From: a virus | Strand: one strand, 5' to 3' | Length of the DNA: 64,000 nucleotides | UHGV virus genome: UHGV-0039337 | In this document: piece after piece, positions 39,348 to 48,686 of the stretch | How positions within the stretch are numbered: the stretch's first letter is position 1 | Layout: the number at the start of each line of letters is the position of its first letter | The notes under the pieces: model-generated | Databases searched by the model: none | What the model saw: the letters and a program-made list of their open reading frames with translations, nothing else | Told to the model about the DNA's origin: nothing | Program-made: the position numbers and the translations under genes

Positions 39348-40169
39348 TTATTTCAGCTTCTTTAATGTCTCTATTATAAAATCCTTAAACTCTATAGGCA
39401 CTACTATTTCATTCTTTTCATCCATAATAATTAATGTACCGTTATCTTTTTCTATAGTAATCATATTATTGCTATTTGCATATGAATATACCTCATAATC
39501 ACCTTTGTCTTTAGACATTGGTAAAATACAAGATAATGGAGCTTCTTTTAGATCTATTGATAACAATCCTTCATCGTCTTCATCTTCGTCATCATTTATT
39601 TCATCTGTTCCTAAAACGGCTTTTAATAAATCTGATATAGCTTTATTAGCTTCTTCTTCAATACTAGAAGAGAATCCATTATCCTCTGTATCTTTTGACA
39701 GAGATTTTTCAAATTCCTTTTTAAAATTTTCTTTATATTCTTTCCATTCTTCATCTGTTAATAATACATTTTCTTCACTATCCATATAAATAGTAAAGTT
39801 TGTATATTTTCTTGCATCTGATATTACATTTATAGAATATATTTTATCAGATTTATTTGCTAGTTTTACTATATGATTACGTACATAATCTAAATCTACA
39901 TCAAAACCATTTACTATTATAGTATTCGTTATTTCAGTATCATTTATTTCTGTTAATACATTAAGTAAATTACTTTCTTTAGTGAATTTAAAATTATCTT
40001 CATCTATATCATCACCGTATATTTCTGTTTCTATTCCTAATTCCATGTTAGCATTAAAAACTACAATAGGATCTATTATTATATCTGATTTTGATAATTT
40101 AACTCCACTTTCAAATATGCTTCTTTCTATATTTTCTTTTGGTACTATAGTATACTTAATCCTGCTCAT
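39348..40169 (-). CDS. hypothetical acidic protein
   Basis: 273-aa ORF. Confidence 0.35.
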   Translation of the reverse strand: MSRIKYTIVPKENIERSIFESGVKLSKSDIIIDPIVVFNANMELGIETEIYGDDIDEDNFKFTKESNLLNVLTEINDTEITNTIIVNGFDVDLDYVRNHIVKLANKSDKIYSINVISDARKYTNFTIYMDSEENVLLTDEEWKEYKENFKKEFEKSLSKDTEDNGFSSSIEEEANKAISDLLKAVLGTDEINDDEDEDDEGLLSIDLKEAPLSCILPMSKDKGDYEVYSYANSNNMITIEKDNGTLIIMDEKNEIVVPIEFKDFIIETLKKLK

Positions 40170-40237
40170 TTATTTATATCCTCCCGATTTATATATATTT
40201 GAATATAATATATACTTATTTATCGGTTTAGTTATCG

Positions 40238-41494
40238 TTATTGTAAATCTGCAAATATTTTAGACATTTCACTTCTTACATCTACAGGTAGATACATAAC
40301 TCCGACTAATGGCTCGTTTTTTGATTGATCTATAAAAGCACTAAGTCCATTGTCTATTTTATATCTTTTTTCTGTTTGATTTTTTATATCGCCCATCATA
40401 ACAAACATAGAACCTTTACCTATTCTAGTACCTGCTACTTTTATAAGTTTTAACGATAAGTCTTCGGCTTCATCAAGTATAACTATAGTTCTATCTACTG
40501 ATACACCTTTTAAGTTTTGTACTATATCCATATCTAATTGATATCCTCTTCTTTTAGCTGCATCTTCATTTGTTGGATCAAATGCTTCTTTTACATCATA
40601 CATTGAATCATTAGTTAAGTATTGAGTCATAGGAGTGAAAAAGTGACCTAATTTTGCATAAAAGTCTCCAGGTAAATATCCTATCTCTGTTTCATCAACA
40701 GCTATTGGATTTCTTAGTAATAGCATTTTATCATATAATCCTGAATAAATTCTTTCTTCCATCATGTTTACGGCAAGTCGGCTTTTACCAGCACCATACG
40801 TACCTGCTATTACTTTTATAGGTACTTTATCATTATATAATAAATCCATAGCACAAGCTTGATATATGTTTAGTGGTTTTACTCTGGCGCTTTTATAATG
40901 TATGTCTACAAATTCTTCTGTATTTGCGTCCCAACGAACTGCTGATTCAGTATTAGTATCTGTATCATGTATTATTATATATTCATTAGCATATGGTCTT
41001 TTAGTTTCTAGCATGGCATACAATGCTTCATCATTTTCTTCTTCTGTACCATATAGTTCTATATAGCCTTTGTAGTCTTCTTCTTCATCTTCATCTTTAA
41101 TAGATATGGTAGGTATTTCTAATAGTTTAGCTTTTGCTTTCATACCATTATCATATGTTAATAGTTTTATGTCTACATTTTTTAAAGTGTTTTTCATGGA
41201 TACTAAACATGCTAATATTTTATTATCAGGTATTTTCATATTAAAATTATCTGGTAATGTTGCATTTTCTTGTATCGCTATTAAAATTCTATCTTCTTCT
41301 TCTAACTTATTTAATAATTTAAAAGCTTGACGTGCTTTATAATTTTTTTCTCCGTCTCCGAAATCTTTATGATTGTCAAGTTCATCAAGTACTACAGAAC
41401 ATACTAAAGCTGTTGCATTTTCTCTTTCTAATAATTTATCTACTCCCTCTGGGCTTTGCATAAGCGCTGAAGTATCACAGAATACATATTTCAT
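40238..41494 (-). CDS. phoH: PhoH-like ATPase with N-terminal PIN domain (YlaK-like)
   Basis: N-terminal FCDTSALM ... SVVLDELD (PIN acidic residues). Walker A VIAGTYGAGKSRLA. PhoH C-terminal DEAEDLS / MMGDIKNQ. Confidence 0.7.
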   Translation of the reverse strand: MKYVFCDTSALMQSPEGVDKLLERENATALVCSVVLDELDNHKDFGDGEKNYKARQAFKLLNKLEEEDRILIAIQENATLPDNFNMKIPDNKILACLVSMKNTLKNVDIKLLTYDNGMKAKAKLLEIPTISIKDEDEEEDYKGYIELYGTEEENDEALYAMLETKRPYANEYIIIHDTDTNTESAVRWDANTEEFVDIHYKSARVKPLNIYQACAMDLLYNDKVPIKVIAGTYGAGKSRLAVNMMEERIYSGLYDKMLLLRNPIAVDETEIGYLPGDFYAKLGHFFTPMTQYLTNDSMYDVKEAFDPTNEDAAKRRGYQLDMDIVQNLKGVSVDRTIVILDEAEDLSLKLIKVAGTRIGKGSMFVMMGDIKNQTEKRYKIDNGLSAFIDQSKNEPLVGVMYLPVDVRSEMSKIFADLQ

Positions 41495-41544
41495 ATATAT
41501 CTCCCACTTTCTCTATATTTGTAGTTCTGTACAGATATTACTTA

Positions 41545-42021
41545 TTATAAGACTTCATATTTAGTTTTAACTTGTAATTGTTTTAGCATGTATACTTTTG
41601 GAGTTACAACTAAATGTAATTTTGCTATATGTTCATTTAATTCTGCTTTAGTACCAACGAATACATCAAAATCTTTTTCAGAATAATCTCCTATTACTAT
41701 TAAATATTCTCCAAAGTCTTTTGCTTCTAAATGATGCTTAATATCATCTGCTACTTCTATAGGTTCTGATTCATTTAAATCGTGATCATAATCAGGTGCT
41801 GCTTTAAATGTATATTCTTCTTTAGTTGTTTTAACTTTTTCTTCTGGTACATATATATCATTTTTTATATATGCTTTAGAAGCATCTTCTAGTATTTCTT
41901 GTGGTCCAAATTTTATTTGCATACATTCTCCTGTTGCTTTATTAACTACTGCTATATCTCCTTCTTTTGAAAAAACATATCCTGCAGTTTCATCTAATGT
42001 ACTGTTAAATATTTTAGGCAT
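41545..42021 (-). CDS. hypothetical protein
   Basis: 158-aa ORF. Confidence 0.35.
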   Translation of the reverse strand: MPKIFNSTLDETAGYVFSKEGDIAVVNKATGECMQIKFGPQEILEDASKAYIKNDIYVPEEKVKTTKEEYTFKAAPDYDHDLNESEPIEVADDIKHHLEAKDFGEYLIVIGDYSEKDFDVFVGTKAELNEHIAKLHLVVTPKVYMLKQLQVKTKYEVL

Positions 42022-42024
42022 TGA

Positions 42025-42489
42025 TTAATCCTCCTTCAAATTTTTAATATATTTATAAATCCACGTACATGTGAATTCATTAGCTTGATCAAAATATAAT
42101 TCATACTCATTCTGATATTTCTTTATTACAGAGAACTTAGCCATCTTTCTTATACATATTAAAGGATCTATTGTACAATAATCTTGAGTTTCTCCACTTC
42201 CTCCTAATCTAATAGAAGTACAGCCAAAATGTTTTATAATTTCATCAACTATTAGGGAAGCTTCAAAGATATTATTATAATATATTTTTTCTTCTTTTAG
42301 ATCCAATCTCATATCTGATAATTCTAGGTCTATATCTAATATTTCTATTAAGTATTTTTCAATTGCGTTTTTCATTTCTTCATTAGACATTGTGATTTTA
42401 TACATAATATTATTTGATATATTATCCAATGCTACTATAAGACTAGAATCTGTATAATCTATGTTATCTAATTCAACTTTAAAATTCAT
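42025..42489 (-). CDS. hypothetical protein
   Basis: 154-aa ORF. Confidence 0.35.
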   Translation of the reverse strand: MNFKVELDNIDYTDSSLIVALDNISNNIMYKITMSNEEMKNAIEKYLIEILDIDLELSDMRLDLKEEKIYYNNIFEASLIVDEIIKHFGCTSIRLGGSGETQDYCTIDPLICIRKMAKFSVIKKYQNEYELYFDQANEFTCTWIYKYIKNLKED

Positions 42490-42509
42490 ATTAATTCCTT
42501 TCTATAAAC

Positions 42510-42545
42510 AAAAAATACCCAGAGTATAGGGGATTCTACTCTGGG
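42510..42545 (-). terminator. rho-independent terminator
   Basis: 9-bp hairpin cccagagta/tactctggg followed by TATTTTTTGTTT on the minus strand. Downstream of ORF 42634..43182. Confidence 0.55.
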
Positions 42546-42633
42546 CTTGTAAATAATTTTTACTATCGGGAGCGATAATAACAAATTGTAAATTATTTAT
42601 TTGAATATAATATATTACAATCAGCTTAATCAA

Positions 42634-43182
42634 TTACATATTATTGAATATTTTTTTATTTAAATCTTCTTCGGCTTTCTTAATTAATCTATTGTGTAAT
42701 CTGTTGTATATAGCACGACCATAATCCATTTCTTCTTTGTTGTATTTAAATACTTTAACTTCGAATAATTTAGTTTGATACCAGTTTATTTTAGTAAATA
42801 CTTCTTTGTATAATTGTACAAATATTCTCCATTGCTCAATTTCTTTAGTTGCCAAGATATTACCACTTTGAGTTTTGCCATTTTCTACCCAGAATTTATA
42901 CTTTCCAGTATTTATTTTACTATACAAAGAAGGATTAATATATATCTTTATTTGATTATAATCCTTCTTGTTTTCAATTATTTTAGATAAGTATCTATTA
43001 AGAATGTACAAAGCATTAGTGTCTTTGGCATATAATTCTGAATTAGTACATGGAAGTTTTTTACTAGTAAATCTTTCTAATGTACAATTAGCATAATTTT
43101 TAGCATCTTCTTTGCTATAACATGCAGTAAATATATTTCTTACATCACCATCAATTATAATGTTTTCAAATTTTTTATTCAT
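42634..43182 (-). CDS. hypothetical protein
   Basis: 182-aa ORF. Confidence 0.35.
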   Translation of the reverse strand: MNKKFENIIIDGDVRNIFTACYSKEDAKNYANCTLERFTSKKLPCTNSELYAKDTNALYILNRYLSKIIENKKDYNQIKIYINPSLYSKINTGKYKFWVENGKTQSGNILATKEIEQWRIFVQLYKEVFTKINWYQTKLFEVKVFKYNKEEMDYGRAIYNRLHNRLIKKAEEDLNKKIFNNM

Positions 43183-43204
43183 AAAATCCTCTCCTTTTAT
43201 TTAA

Positions 43205-43441
43205 TTAATATAATAAGTTTTCAGGCCATAGCCATTCTTTATTGTCTACATTTAATAAATATCTTTTAGTATCATTTCCTGCAAATCTTGCTATTACTAT
43301 ACTATACATACCTGCGTATTCTAACATTTCAGGAGTAATGTCTTCTCCATTATCTTTAAATTCTTGTAGATTTTCTACTATTTTTACTCTATCACCTATA
43401 TAATACATAAATATTTTAACACCTCCATATTTATTTTTCAT
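43205..43441 (-). CDS. hypothetical protein downstream of hicA-like gene
   Basis: 78 aa, overlaps the HicA-like ORF by 11 nt. No HicB (RNase H-like/RHH) features recognised. Confidence 0.3.
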   Translation of the reverse strand: MKNKYGGVKIFMYYIGDRVKIVENLQEFKDNGEDITPEMLEYAGMYSIVIARFAGNDTKRYLLNVDNKEWLWPENLLY

Positions 43442-43682
43442 ATAGAAACTGGGCCAGTTTTTCTCTACTAGACCCAGTTTGCTTTAATATTTTACTTACA
43501 GTACCTTGACATAGAGTACCTTTTTTATTCGGAACCGGCACGGATATACCTTTGTTATTTTTAAATATGATATGTGTACTATTAGAATGTCTAGTTTCTA
43601 CATATCCTATATGATTAAGGAATTTTCGTATATCTTTATATTTAATCCTTATCCTATTGTTTGTTTTAATGTTGTCACTCAC
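43431..43682 (-). CDS. HicA-like (YcfA family) small RNA-binding/toxin-domain protein
   Basis: 83 aa. IRKFLNHIGYVETRHSNSTHIIFKNNKGISVPVPNKKGTLCQGTVSKILKQTG fits the HicA pattern (L...G....R..GSH.....+.....+P.H.+..+..G.+..IL+Q.G). Confidence 0.55.
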   Translation of the reverse strand: MSDNIKTNNRIRIKYKDIRKFLNHIGYVETRHSNSTHIIFKNNKGISVPVPNKKGTLCQGTVSKILKQTGSSREKLAQFLYEK

Positions 43683-43694
43683 GATTATACAAAT

Positions 43695-43940
43695 CTATTT
43701 AACTGATTTTGCTATGCTCCCTTCATTTGCTTTATCTTCTAATTCTTTATGATATTTTCTCTTTTTAATTCTTGTTCCGTTTACTACTCTACATACTATT
43801 TCTTCTTCATGTTTATTTATATTTTCTTTGTGTCTTTCTGCTCTTTTTATAATGTCATTGCCTTTTCTTATTTGTTGTTTAGTTGGTTTTTGATTTTGTG
43901 TTCCTAAAGTTATTTTAGTTAATAGTTCTGAAAAATACAT
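43695..43940 (-). CDS. hypothetical basic protein
   Basis: 81 aa, Lys/Arg-rich. Confidence 0.3.
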   Translation of the reverse strand: MYFSELLTKITLGTQNQKPTKQQIRKGNDIIKRAERHKENINKHEEEIVCRVVNGTRIKKRKYHKELEDKANEGSIAKSVK

Positions 43941-43979
43941 ACATACATCATCCCTTCATTATTATAAAATATTTTTATT

Positions 43980-44063
43980 TGGAGCCAATAGTAGGAATTG
44001 AACCTGCATCTGTAAAGATAAAATAAATTATTTTTACCGTTCTTACAATTGAACTATATCGGC
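43980..44063 (-). tRNA. tRNA-like gene with encoded CCA and atypically expanded anticodon arm (identity undetermined)
   Basis: The minus strand reads GCCGATA-TA-GTTC-AATTGTAA-GAAC-G-[GTAAA-16nt-TTTAC]-AGAT-GCAGG-TTCAATT-CCTAC-TATTGGC-T-CCA. The acceptor, D-arm and T-arm (GTTCAATTC T-loop) are good. The anticodon region is 26 nt instead of 17. Confidence 0.5.
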
Positions 44064-44070
44064 AAAAAAA

Positions 44071-44128
44071 GACCACTTACTTTTGCTGTCCATAAAAGGT
44101 CAGGTTTTGTAAGTGGTTAAAATTTAGG
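44071..44128 (-). terminator. rho-independent terminator immediately upstream of the tRNA
   Basis: Long imperfect hairpin (accacttac ... gtaagtggt) followed by TCTTTTTTTG on the minus strand. Confidence 0.45.
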
Positions 44129-44185
44129 GGGTCTATTATGAAAAATACATTTATATAAACTCAGTTTACCAGACTGAGGATATAC

Positions 44186-44234
44186 CAAAAAAGTTAGCTG
44201 ATGGAAAACTAGAGGTGATCTAAAACCATCAGCT
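44186..44234 (-). terminator. hairpin plus T-run (putative terminator)
   Basis: agctgatgg/ccatcagct 9-bp stem with a 21-nt loop, followed on the minus strand by AACTTTTTT. Confidence 0.35.
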
Positions 44235-44257
44235 TTAAAAAAAGGGGGTTGTATTAT

Positions 44258-44301
44258 GCCGTCCTTGTGGAATCGAACCACGGCATGTACCTGTAGGACG
44301 G
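44258..44301 (-). ncRNA. tRNA-like minihelix / truncated tRNA remnant (acceptor stem plus T-arm only)
   Basis: The minus strand reads CCGTCCT-ACAGGTACATG-CGTGG-TTCGATT-CCACA-AGGACGG-C. It has a canonical T-loop and a 7-bp acceptor pairing but no D or anticodon arm and no CCA. A 7-bp hairpin (gtcccag/ctgggac, 44310-44336) lies adjacent. Confidence 0.35.
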
Positions 44302-44396
44302 ATATTAAGGTCCCAGGTTTCTAAAGTTTCTGGGACATTAATTAATAAACTATTTTTAACTAAAAGAATTACTGCTCTAGATTAATAAATTAGTAA

Positions 44397-44816
44397 TTAT
44401 TTTTGTTCTTCAACAGGTTCTTTTTCAGGGTCTTCACCTGGATCGAAATTAACACCCATTAAAGGATATTCATCAGCTTGAGTTTCTCCAGTGTCTACTT
44501 TGATATTAGTTCTATTTAATTTTTCTGGAACTTTAGCTTCAGGATGTTCAGGAAGTTCTTTTTTAGGTTTATCGTAACGTTTAGCTTCTCCACCTTCCAT
44601 GCAAACATGAACATCGTATGGTCTTTCCATTTCTTGTGCTTTATCAGCTTCAGCTTTAGCTGGAAAATCTACATTTTTGTCTCCTTGCAACGTACCTCTT
44701 CTTAAATATAATTGTTCTTCATGTTGTGGTATTACTTTAGCTATAACTTCTTTATCATCTACCATATGAGTTATAACTAATCTACCTTTTTCGTCTCTTT
44801 TCATTGCCATTAGCAT
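44397..44816 (-). CDS. hypothetical protein (locally elevated GC, charged C-terminal tail)
   Basis: 139 aa. Codon composition is visibly GC-richer than neighbours. No confident family assignment. Confidence 0.4.
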   Translation of the reverse strand: MLMAMKRDEKGRLVITHMVDDKEVIAKVIPQHEEQLYLRRGTLQGDKNVDFPAKAEADKAQEMERPYDVHVCMEGGEAKRYDKPKKELPEHPEAKVPEKLNRTNIKVDTGETQADEYPLMGVNFDPGEDPEKEPVEEQK

Positions 44817-44830
44817 ATCCTCCTTAAAAA

Positions 44831-45373
44831 TTAACTTTCTCTTTTATCAGTTCCTTTTTTGATTCCATATTGTCTACGCATAGACATTTCATAATCAAAT
44901 TTTAATAAAGCCGCTGGATCTTTGCTTGCTATTTTAGCACGCGATAAATTATAATTCCATAAATCTTCTTCTTCTTGTTGTTCATATTCAAATTCATCTA
45001 GGAATTTTCTTGCTCTAAAATCATTTATTTTATTAGCATAATTATTTATTTCTCTTATCTTTCTTGAAGTAAGATCTTCTGCAGCTACAGCTTTTTCAAA
45101 CACGTCTTCTATTGATTTAAATTTATTTAGTTTGGAAAGATCCTCTATTCCTGTAATGTTACAAGTCCCTCCGTTTTCATCTATATAATTATAAAATCTC
45201 TCAAAGTGTGTTTTTTCTTCTGCAGCATGCAATTTGAAATAAGAACTCATTCCTTCTAGATCCATAGAATCAAAATATGCGGCACCTGCTAAATAAAAAG
45301 TTTCATTAAATCTTTCATGATTCATATGATTATTTAGCATTTGTTCTAGTTTTTTATCTATCAATATCTCCAC
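44831..45373 (-). CDS. ferritin-like protein (non-heme ferritin family)
   Basis: LNNHMNHERFNETFYLAGAAYFDSMDLEGMSSYFKLHAAEEKTHFERFYNYIDENGG matches the ferritin ferroxidase-centre pattern (LN.Q.N.E..S...Y ... A.EE..H ... GG). Confidence 0.65.
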   Translation of the reverse strand: MEILIDKKLEQMLNNHMNHERFNETFYLAGAAYFDSMDLEGMSSYFKLHAAEEKTHFERFYNYIDENGGTCNITGIEDLSKLNKFKSIEDVFEKAVAAEDLTSRKIREINNYANKINDFRARKFLDEFEYEQQEEEDLWNYNLSRAKIASKDPAALLKFDYEMSMRRQYGIKKGTDKRES

Positions 45374-45426
45374 CTCATATAAAATTGATCTAATATTATA
45401 TTACGTATTAACAGTATATTATTACT

Positions 45427-45726
45427 TTAAATACCGCCATTATCTATAAAAGTATTAATTTTCTTTTCTAATGCTTTATGGTCATCGTAAGATATATACT
45501 TTGTGGTTTCTTCATTTTGAGTATTAGGAAATATGACAGGATAATATCCTTTTGATTTTGAATTATATGAAGTTATAGAATCTATAAACTGATTTATTAT
45601 CACTCTCAAAGATTCATGACACTCTTTACATATTTGTTTAGTAGTATATTGATTACTACTATTAGGATAGCTAAAATTGTATCTTTTATTGCAATCGACA
45701 CCACATATTTCACAAGTCACAGCCAT
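45427..45726 (-). CDS. small zinc-finger protein
   Basis: 99 aa with CEICGVDC ... CKEC. Confidence 0.3.
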   Translation of the reverse strand: MAVTCEICGVDCNKRYNFSYPNSSNQYTTKQICKECHESLRVIINQFIDSITSYNSKSKGYYPVIFPNTQNEETTKYISYDDHKALEKKINTFIDNGGI

Positions 45727-45730
45727 TTAA

Positions 45731-46360
45731 TCACCTCACGTTAATATAATCTTTATTAGCTAAATTACTAGCATCATATAATATTTTATATAGTTTACTT
45801 TTCTTTGATTTTATGCAATTAAGAATATTTGTCCAATACATATTATATATATATTTGGTTTCTATATCTAAATTGTCATAATTATCTTTAAATAATTCAT
45901 CTAAAAGATTTGTGTCTATATTACGTATTATTGATGCTACTATTAATATATCATGTTCATTTTCTGTTAGTTCACGTGATTGAGATAATGCATGTGCTAT
46001 TTTTGTTGTAGCTATAAGATGTGTATTTTTTTCATTTAATATTTCTGATGTTTCTGATATTATATAACGAACAAATGTCTTAAATGATTTTTCTTTTAAT
46101 AGTTTTATTTCATTTTCAAAGTCATAATTATTATTTTCAGTATAATTTTTGTTTACTCCTGGTTCATATATAACTTCTGATTCGTCAAACATATCAATAA
46201 GTCTGTTAAGATACTTATACGGTATGGTCCATATTTTACCTTCATTTTTGTGATATTTTCTACCAGGAATTTTCTTTATTTTTCCAATAGTAAGTTCATC
46301 ATATTCTGCTTTTACTTTTAAGGTTTTTGGTTCCTTTTCGTATAAGGCTATTCTTATCAT
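45731..46360 (-). CDS. hypothetical protein
   Basis: 209-aa ORF. Confidence 0.35.
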   Translation of the reverse strand: MIRIALYEKEPKTLKVKAEYDELTIGKIKKIPGRKYHKNEGKIWTIPYKYLNRLIDMFDESEVIYEPGVNKNYTENNNYDFENEIKLLKEKSFKTFVRYIISETSEILNEKNTHLIATTKIAHALSQSRELTENEHDILIVASIIRNIDTNLLDELFKDNYDNLDIETKYIYNMYWTNILNCIKSKKSKLYKILYDASNLANKDYINVR

Positions 46361-46371
46361 TAATTCACCTC

Positions 46372-46845
46372 CTATTTTATATTAATTTCTAATTCTTTAA
46401 AATTCATTACGTATTTATAATTGACTTTTAAATATTGTATTTGATTATTCCAATTATCTGCTGGTACTCTTTCTATTTCAAATGTTTTTAGATCTACTAA
46501 AAAACATTCTTTATCTTCATCAATAGCCTTTTTTTCATAATTTGCTACTGTTATTACTCCATAATAGTTATGAGTAAGATTATTTTTGACTATCATTCCG
46601 ACTATAAATTTATTTATGTCTGTTGTTGTTTTTTCTTTGGTATTTTGTTTTACTGCTTCTAATATTGGTAAGTCTAATATGTTTAATTTTAAATCTTTAT
46701 ATTCATCATTTATTGTAGTTTCAAATTCATTTTTTCTGTTAAGAGAATTAATGTTTAAAAATAAGAATTTCTCCCTATATTTTATAGTTATATAGGGAGT
46801 TTCATATAGGCTTCCATAAAATTTTACTATTTGTCCATGTTCCAT
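46372..46845 (-). CDS. hypothetical protein
   Basis: 157-aa ORF. Confidence 0.35.
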   Translation of the reverse strand: MEHGQIVKFYGSLYETPYITIKYREKFLFLNINSLNRKNEFETTINDEYKDLKLNILDLPILEAVKQNTKEKTTTDINKFIVGMIVKNNLTHNYYGVITVANYEKKAIDEDKECFLVDLKTFEIERVPADNWNNQIQYLKVNYKYVMNFKELEINIK

Positions 46846-46980
46846 AATAATTGTCCGTCATTTAACACATTAGATACTACACCAAAAGAAAAGCCCGCAA
46901 TAGCTGAATCTATTACAGGCCCAAAAATCATATTCATACATAAATTTAATAATAAACTTAGCATATATATATTCACTCCT

Positions 46981-47355
46981 TTATTCTTCTATAGCTGTTA
47001 CTTTAAATGTACCTCTTAATGTTTGTATAACAGCTTTACCTTTACCTTTTTTTATTCTACTATATAATGTATCTCTATTAACTCCTATAGCTTTAGCTGC
47101 ATCTGCTCTACTACTATATACATAAGGAGTTCTATTATAATTAGCACCAGTAATATTTTGTACTTGAGTTTTCTTACGTGGATAAGGTATATATTCATGT
47201 TCATATACTTTTTCTTCTACTTCTGTTTTTGTGGTATTTTTTAATATATTATCTGGTATTTCATATATTACTTTTATTTTATTATTATCGATTATTTCTA
47301 TACTGTAAATATATTTACTTATATCAATATTATCTATTATTTTTTCTACTTTCAT
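46981..47355 (-). CDS. DNA-binding protein with C-terminal HTH (NUMOD1/IENR1-like)
   Basis: C-terminus YSSRADAAKAIGVNRDTLYSRIKKGKG resembles the HTH modules appended to homing endonucleases and regulators. Confidence 0.35.
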   Translation of the reverse strand: MKVEKIIDNIDISKYIYSIEIIDNNKIKVIYEIPDNILKNTTKTEVEEKVYEHEYIPYPRKKTQVQNITGANYNRTPYVYSSRADAAKAIGVNRDTLYSRIKKGKGKAVIQTLRGTFKVTAIEE

Positions 47356-47984
47356 TATTTGATTCCCCCTAGTTTAGCTTTTGCTTCTTTTAATCTATGA
47401 CAATCATCTAAATCTTGATGTTTAAATTCAAATCCTTTATAATATTTAGCAACTCTAAATACTCTTATTGTATTATTGTTTATATAAGCTCTTTTGCTTA
47501 TATATTTGTAAGCTTTTTCTTCTGAATCGTATAATCTAGTACATACAAATTTATTATCTTTATTGCTTAATGCAAATGCTATATAGCCTACAACTTCTTT
47601 ATGAGATCTTTGTTTATATAAATGCATATCTTCTTTATGCACTTTATTTAGAGTTTTTAATGCATTATCTAAACCAAATGCATTTGCTACATTTCCTTCA
47701 ATATCTTCTATTAAAAATACTCCATCATATTGATTAGTAGTTTTTTCTTTATTAACTATTACAGTTCTTATACCTTCTTTATTAAGTTTTCTTTGTTCTG
47801 TTAATGCTTTCTTTTCTGTACTATAAGTTCCATGTCTTTCTAACTTTTTAGTTTTATTATTCTTAACGAAAATCATATATTCTCTATTAGTTACAATCTT
47901 TTTAAGAGCGTCAGCTTTAACTGGTACACAGTATTCTATTTCTATAACATTTTCTTTTCTTTCTGGTTTAAATATTTTATTCAT
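47355..47984 (-). CDS. hypothetical protein
   Basis: 209-aa ORF. Confidence 0.35.
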   Translation of the reverse strand: MNKIFKPERKENVIEIEYCVPVKADALKKIVTNREYMIFVKNNKTKKLERHGTYSTEKKALTEQRKLNKEGIRTVIVNKEKTTNQYDGVFLIEDIEGNVANAFGLDNALKTLNKVHKEDMHLYKQRSHKEVVGYIAFALSNKDNKFVCTRLYDSEEKAYKYISKRAYINNNTIRVFRVAKYYKGFEFKHQDLDDCHRLKEAKAKLGGIK

Positions 47985-48072
47985 ATCTTTTCTCTCCCTT
48001 ATTTTTAATATTTTTTTAACTCCATACTCATTTTATTAATTAGATATGCCGTATTTTCATATTTTAACCTCC

Positions 48073-48101
48073 ATAAAAAAAGGTGGGGTTTTAACCCACC
48101 T
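48073..48101 (-). terminator. rho-independent terminator overlapping the stop codon
   Basis: Hairpin ggtggg/cccacc with the TAA stop in the loop, followed by a 9-nt T-run on the minus strand. Confidence 0.5.
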
Positions 48102-48513
48102 TAATTCTTTTATTATAATACAATCTTAATCTGTTTAAATAATAAGTATATTCTTCACATTTACTATTCATTCTATATTGATTGATTATATATAAGTCTA
48201 TTTTGTTTCTGTTACAGATTGATACTATTTTTTGTACTTCTGATATTACTTTATCAGTATTGTGTTCTTTGTTAGTAAGCATAGGTAAAGAATCTATTAT
48301 AATAATATCTATAGATCCTGCTAACCTATTTGCTGCATCTTTAATAATTGATACATCATTACTATTAAGTATATACAAACTAGAATCTATTATATTGTCT
48401 TGTAGTTGAAAGTCTGCATTAACGTATAGGCACAATTTATTTTCTTTTTGTATTTTGTTTAAGATATAGCTACTTTTACCAACATCAGGATTACCGTATA
48501 TTTCATATATCAT
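48091..48513 (-). CDS. small P-loop NTPase (RecA-like fold)
   Basis: 140 aa with Walker A GNPDVGKSS and Walker B-like IIIIDSL. Confidence 0.4.
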   Translation of the reverse strand: MIYEIYGNPDVGKSSYILNKIQKENKLCLYVNADFQLQDNIIDSSLYILNSNDVSIIKDAANRLAGSIDIIIIDSLPMLTNKEHNTDKVISEVQKIVSICNRNKIDLYIINQYRMNSKCEEYTYYLNRLRLYYNKRIKVG

Positions 48514-48686
48514 TTATCTATTATTATATCCTGGAAAATTTGATGGTCCTATTATGCCACCTCTGGCTCCTGGTTGCAATGTTTCTTTACTTTGTGTTTT
48601 TGCTAATTTAGTATTAGTTTTTTTGGTAGTAGCTTTCTTCTTTGTTTTAGTTTTACTTTTTTTAGATTTTGCCATAATAACATCTC

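Noticed and set aside
44258-44345. tmRNA 3' domain (acceptor plus T-arm) hypothesis
   Set aside because: The 5' acceptor strand lies only 11 nt upstream of the T-arm, there is no 3' CCA and no G3-U70 alanine identity pair, and no resume codon/tag ORF or pseudoknot region is apparent.
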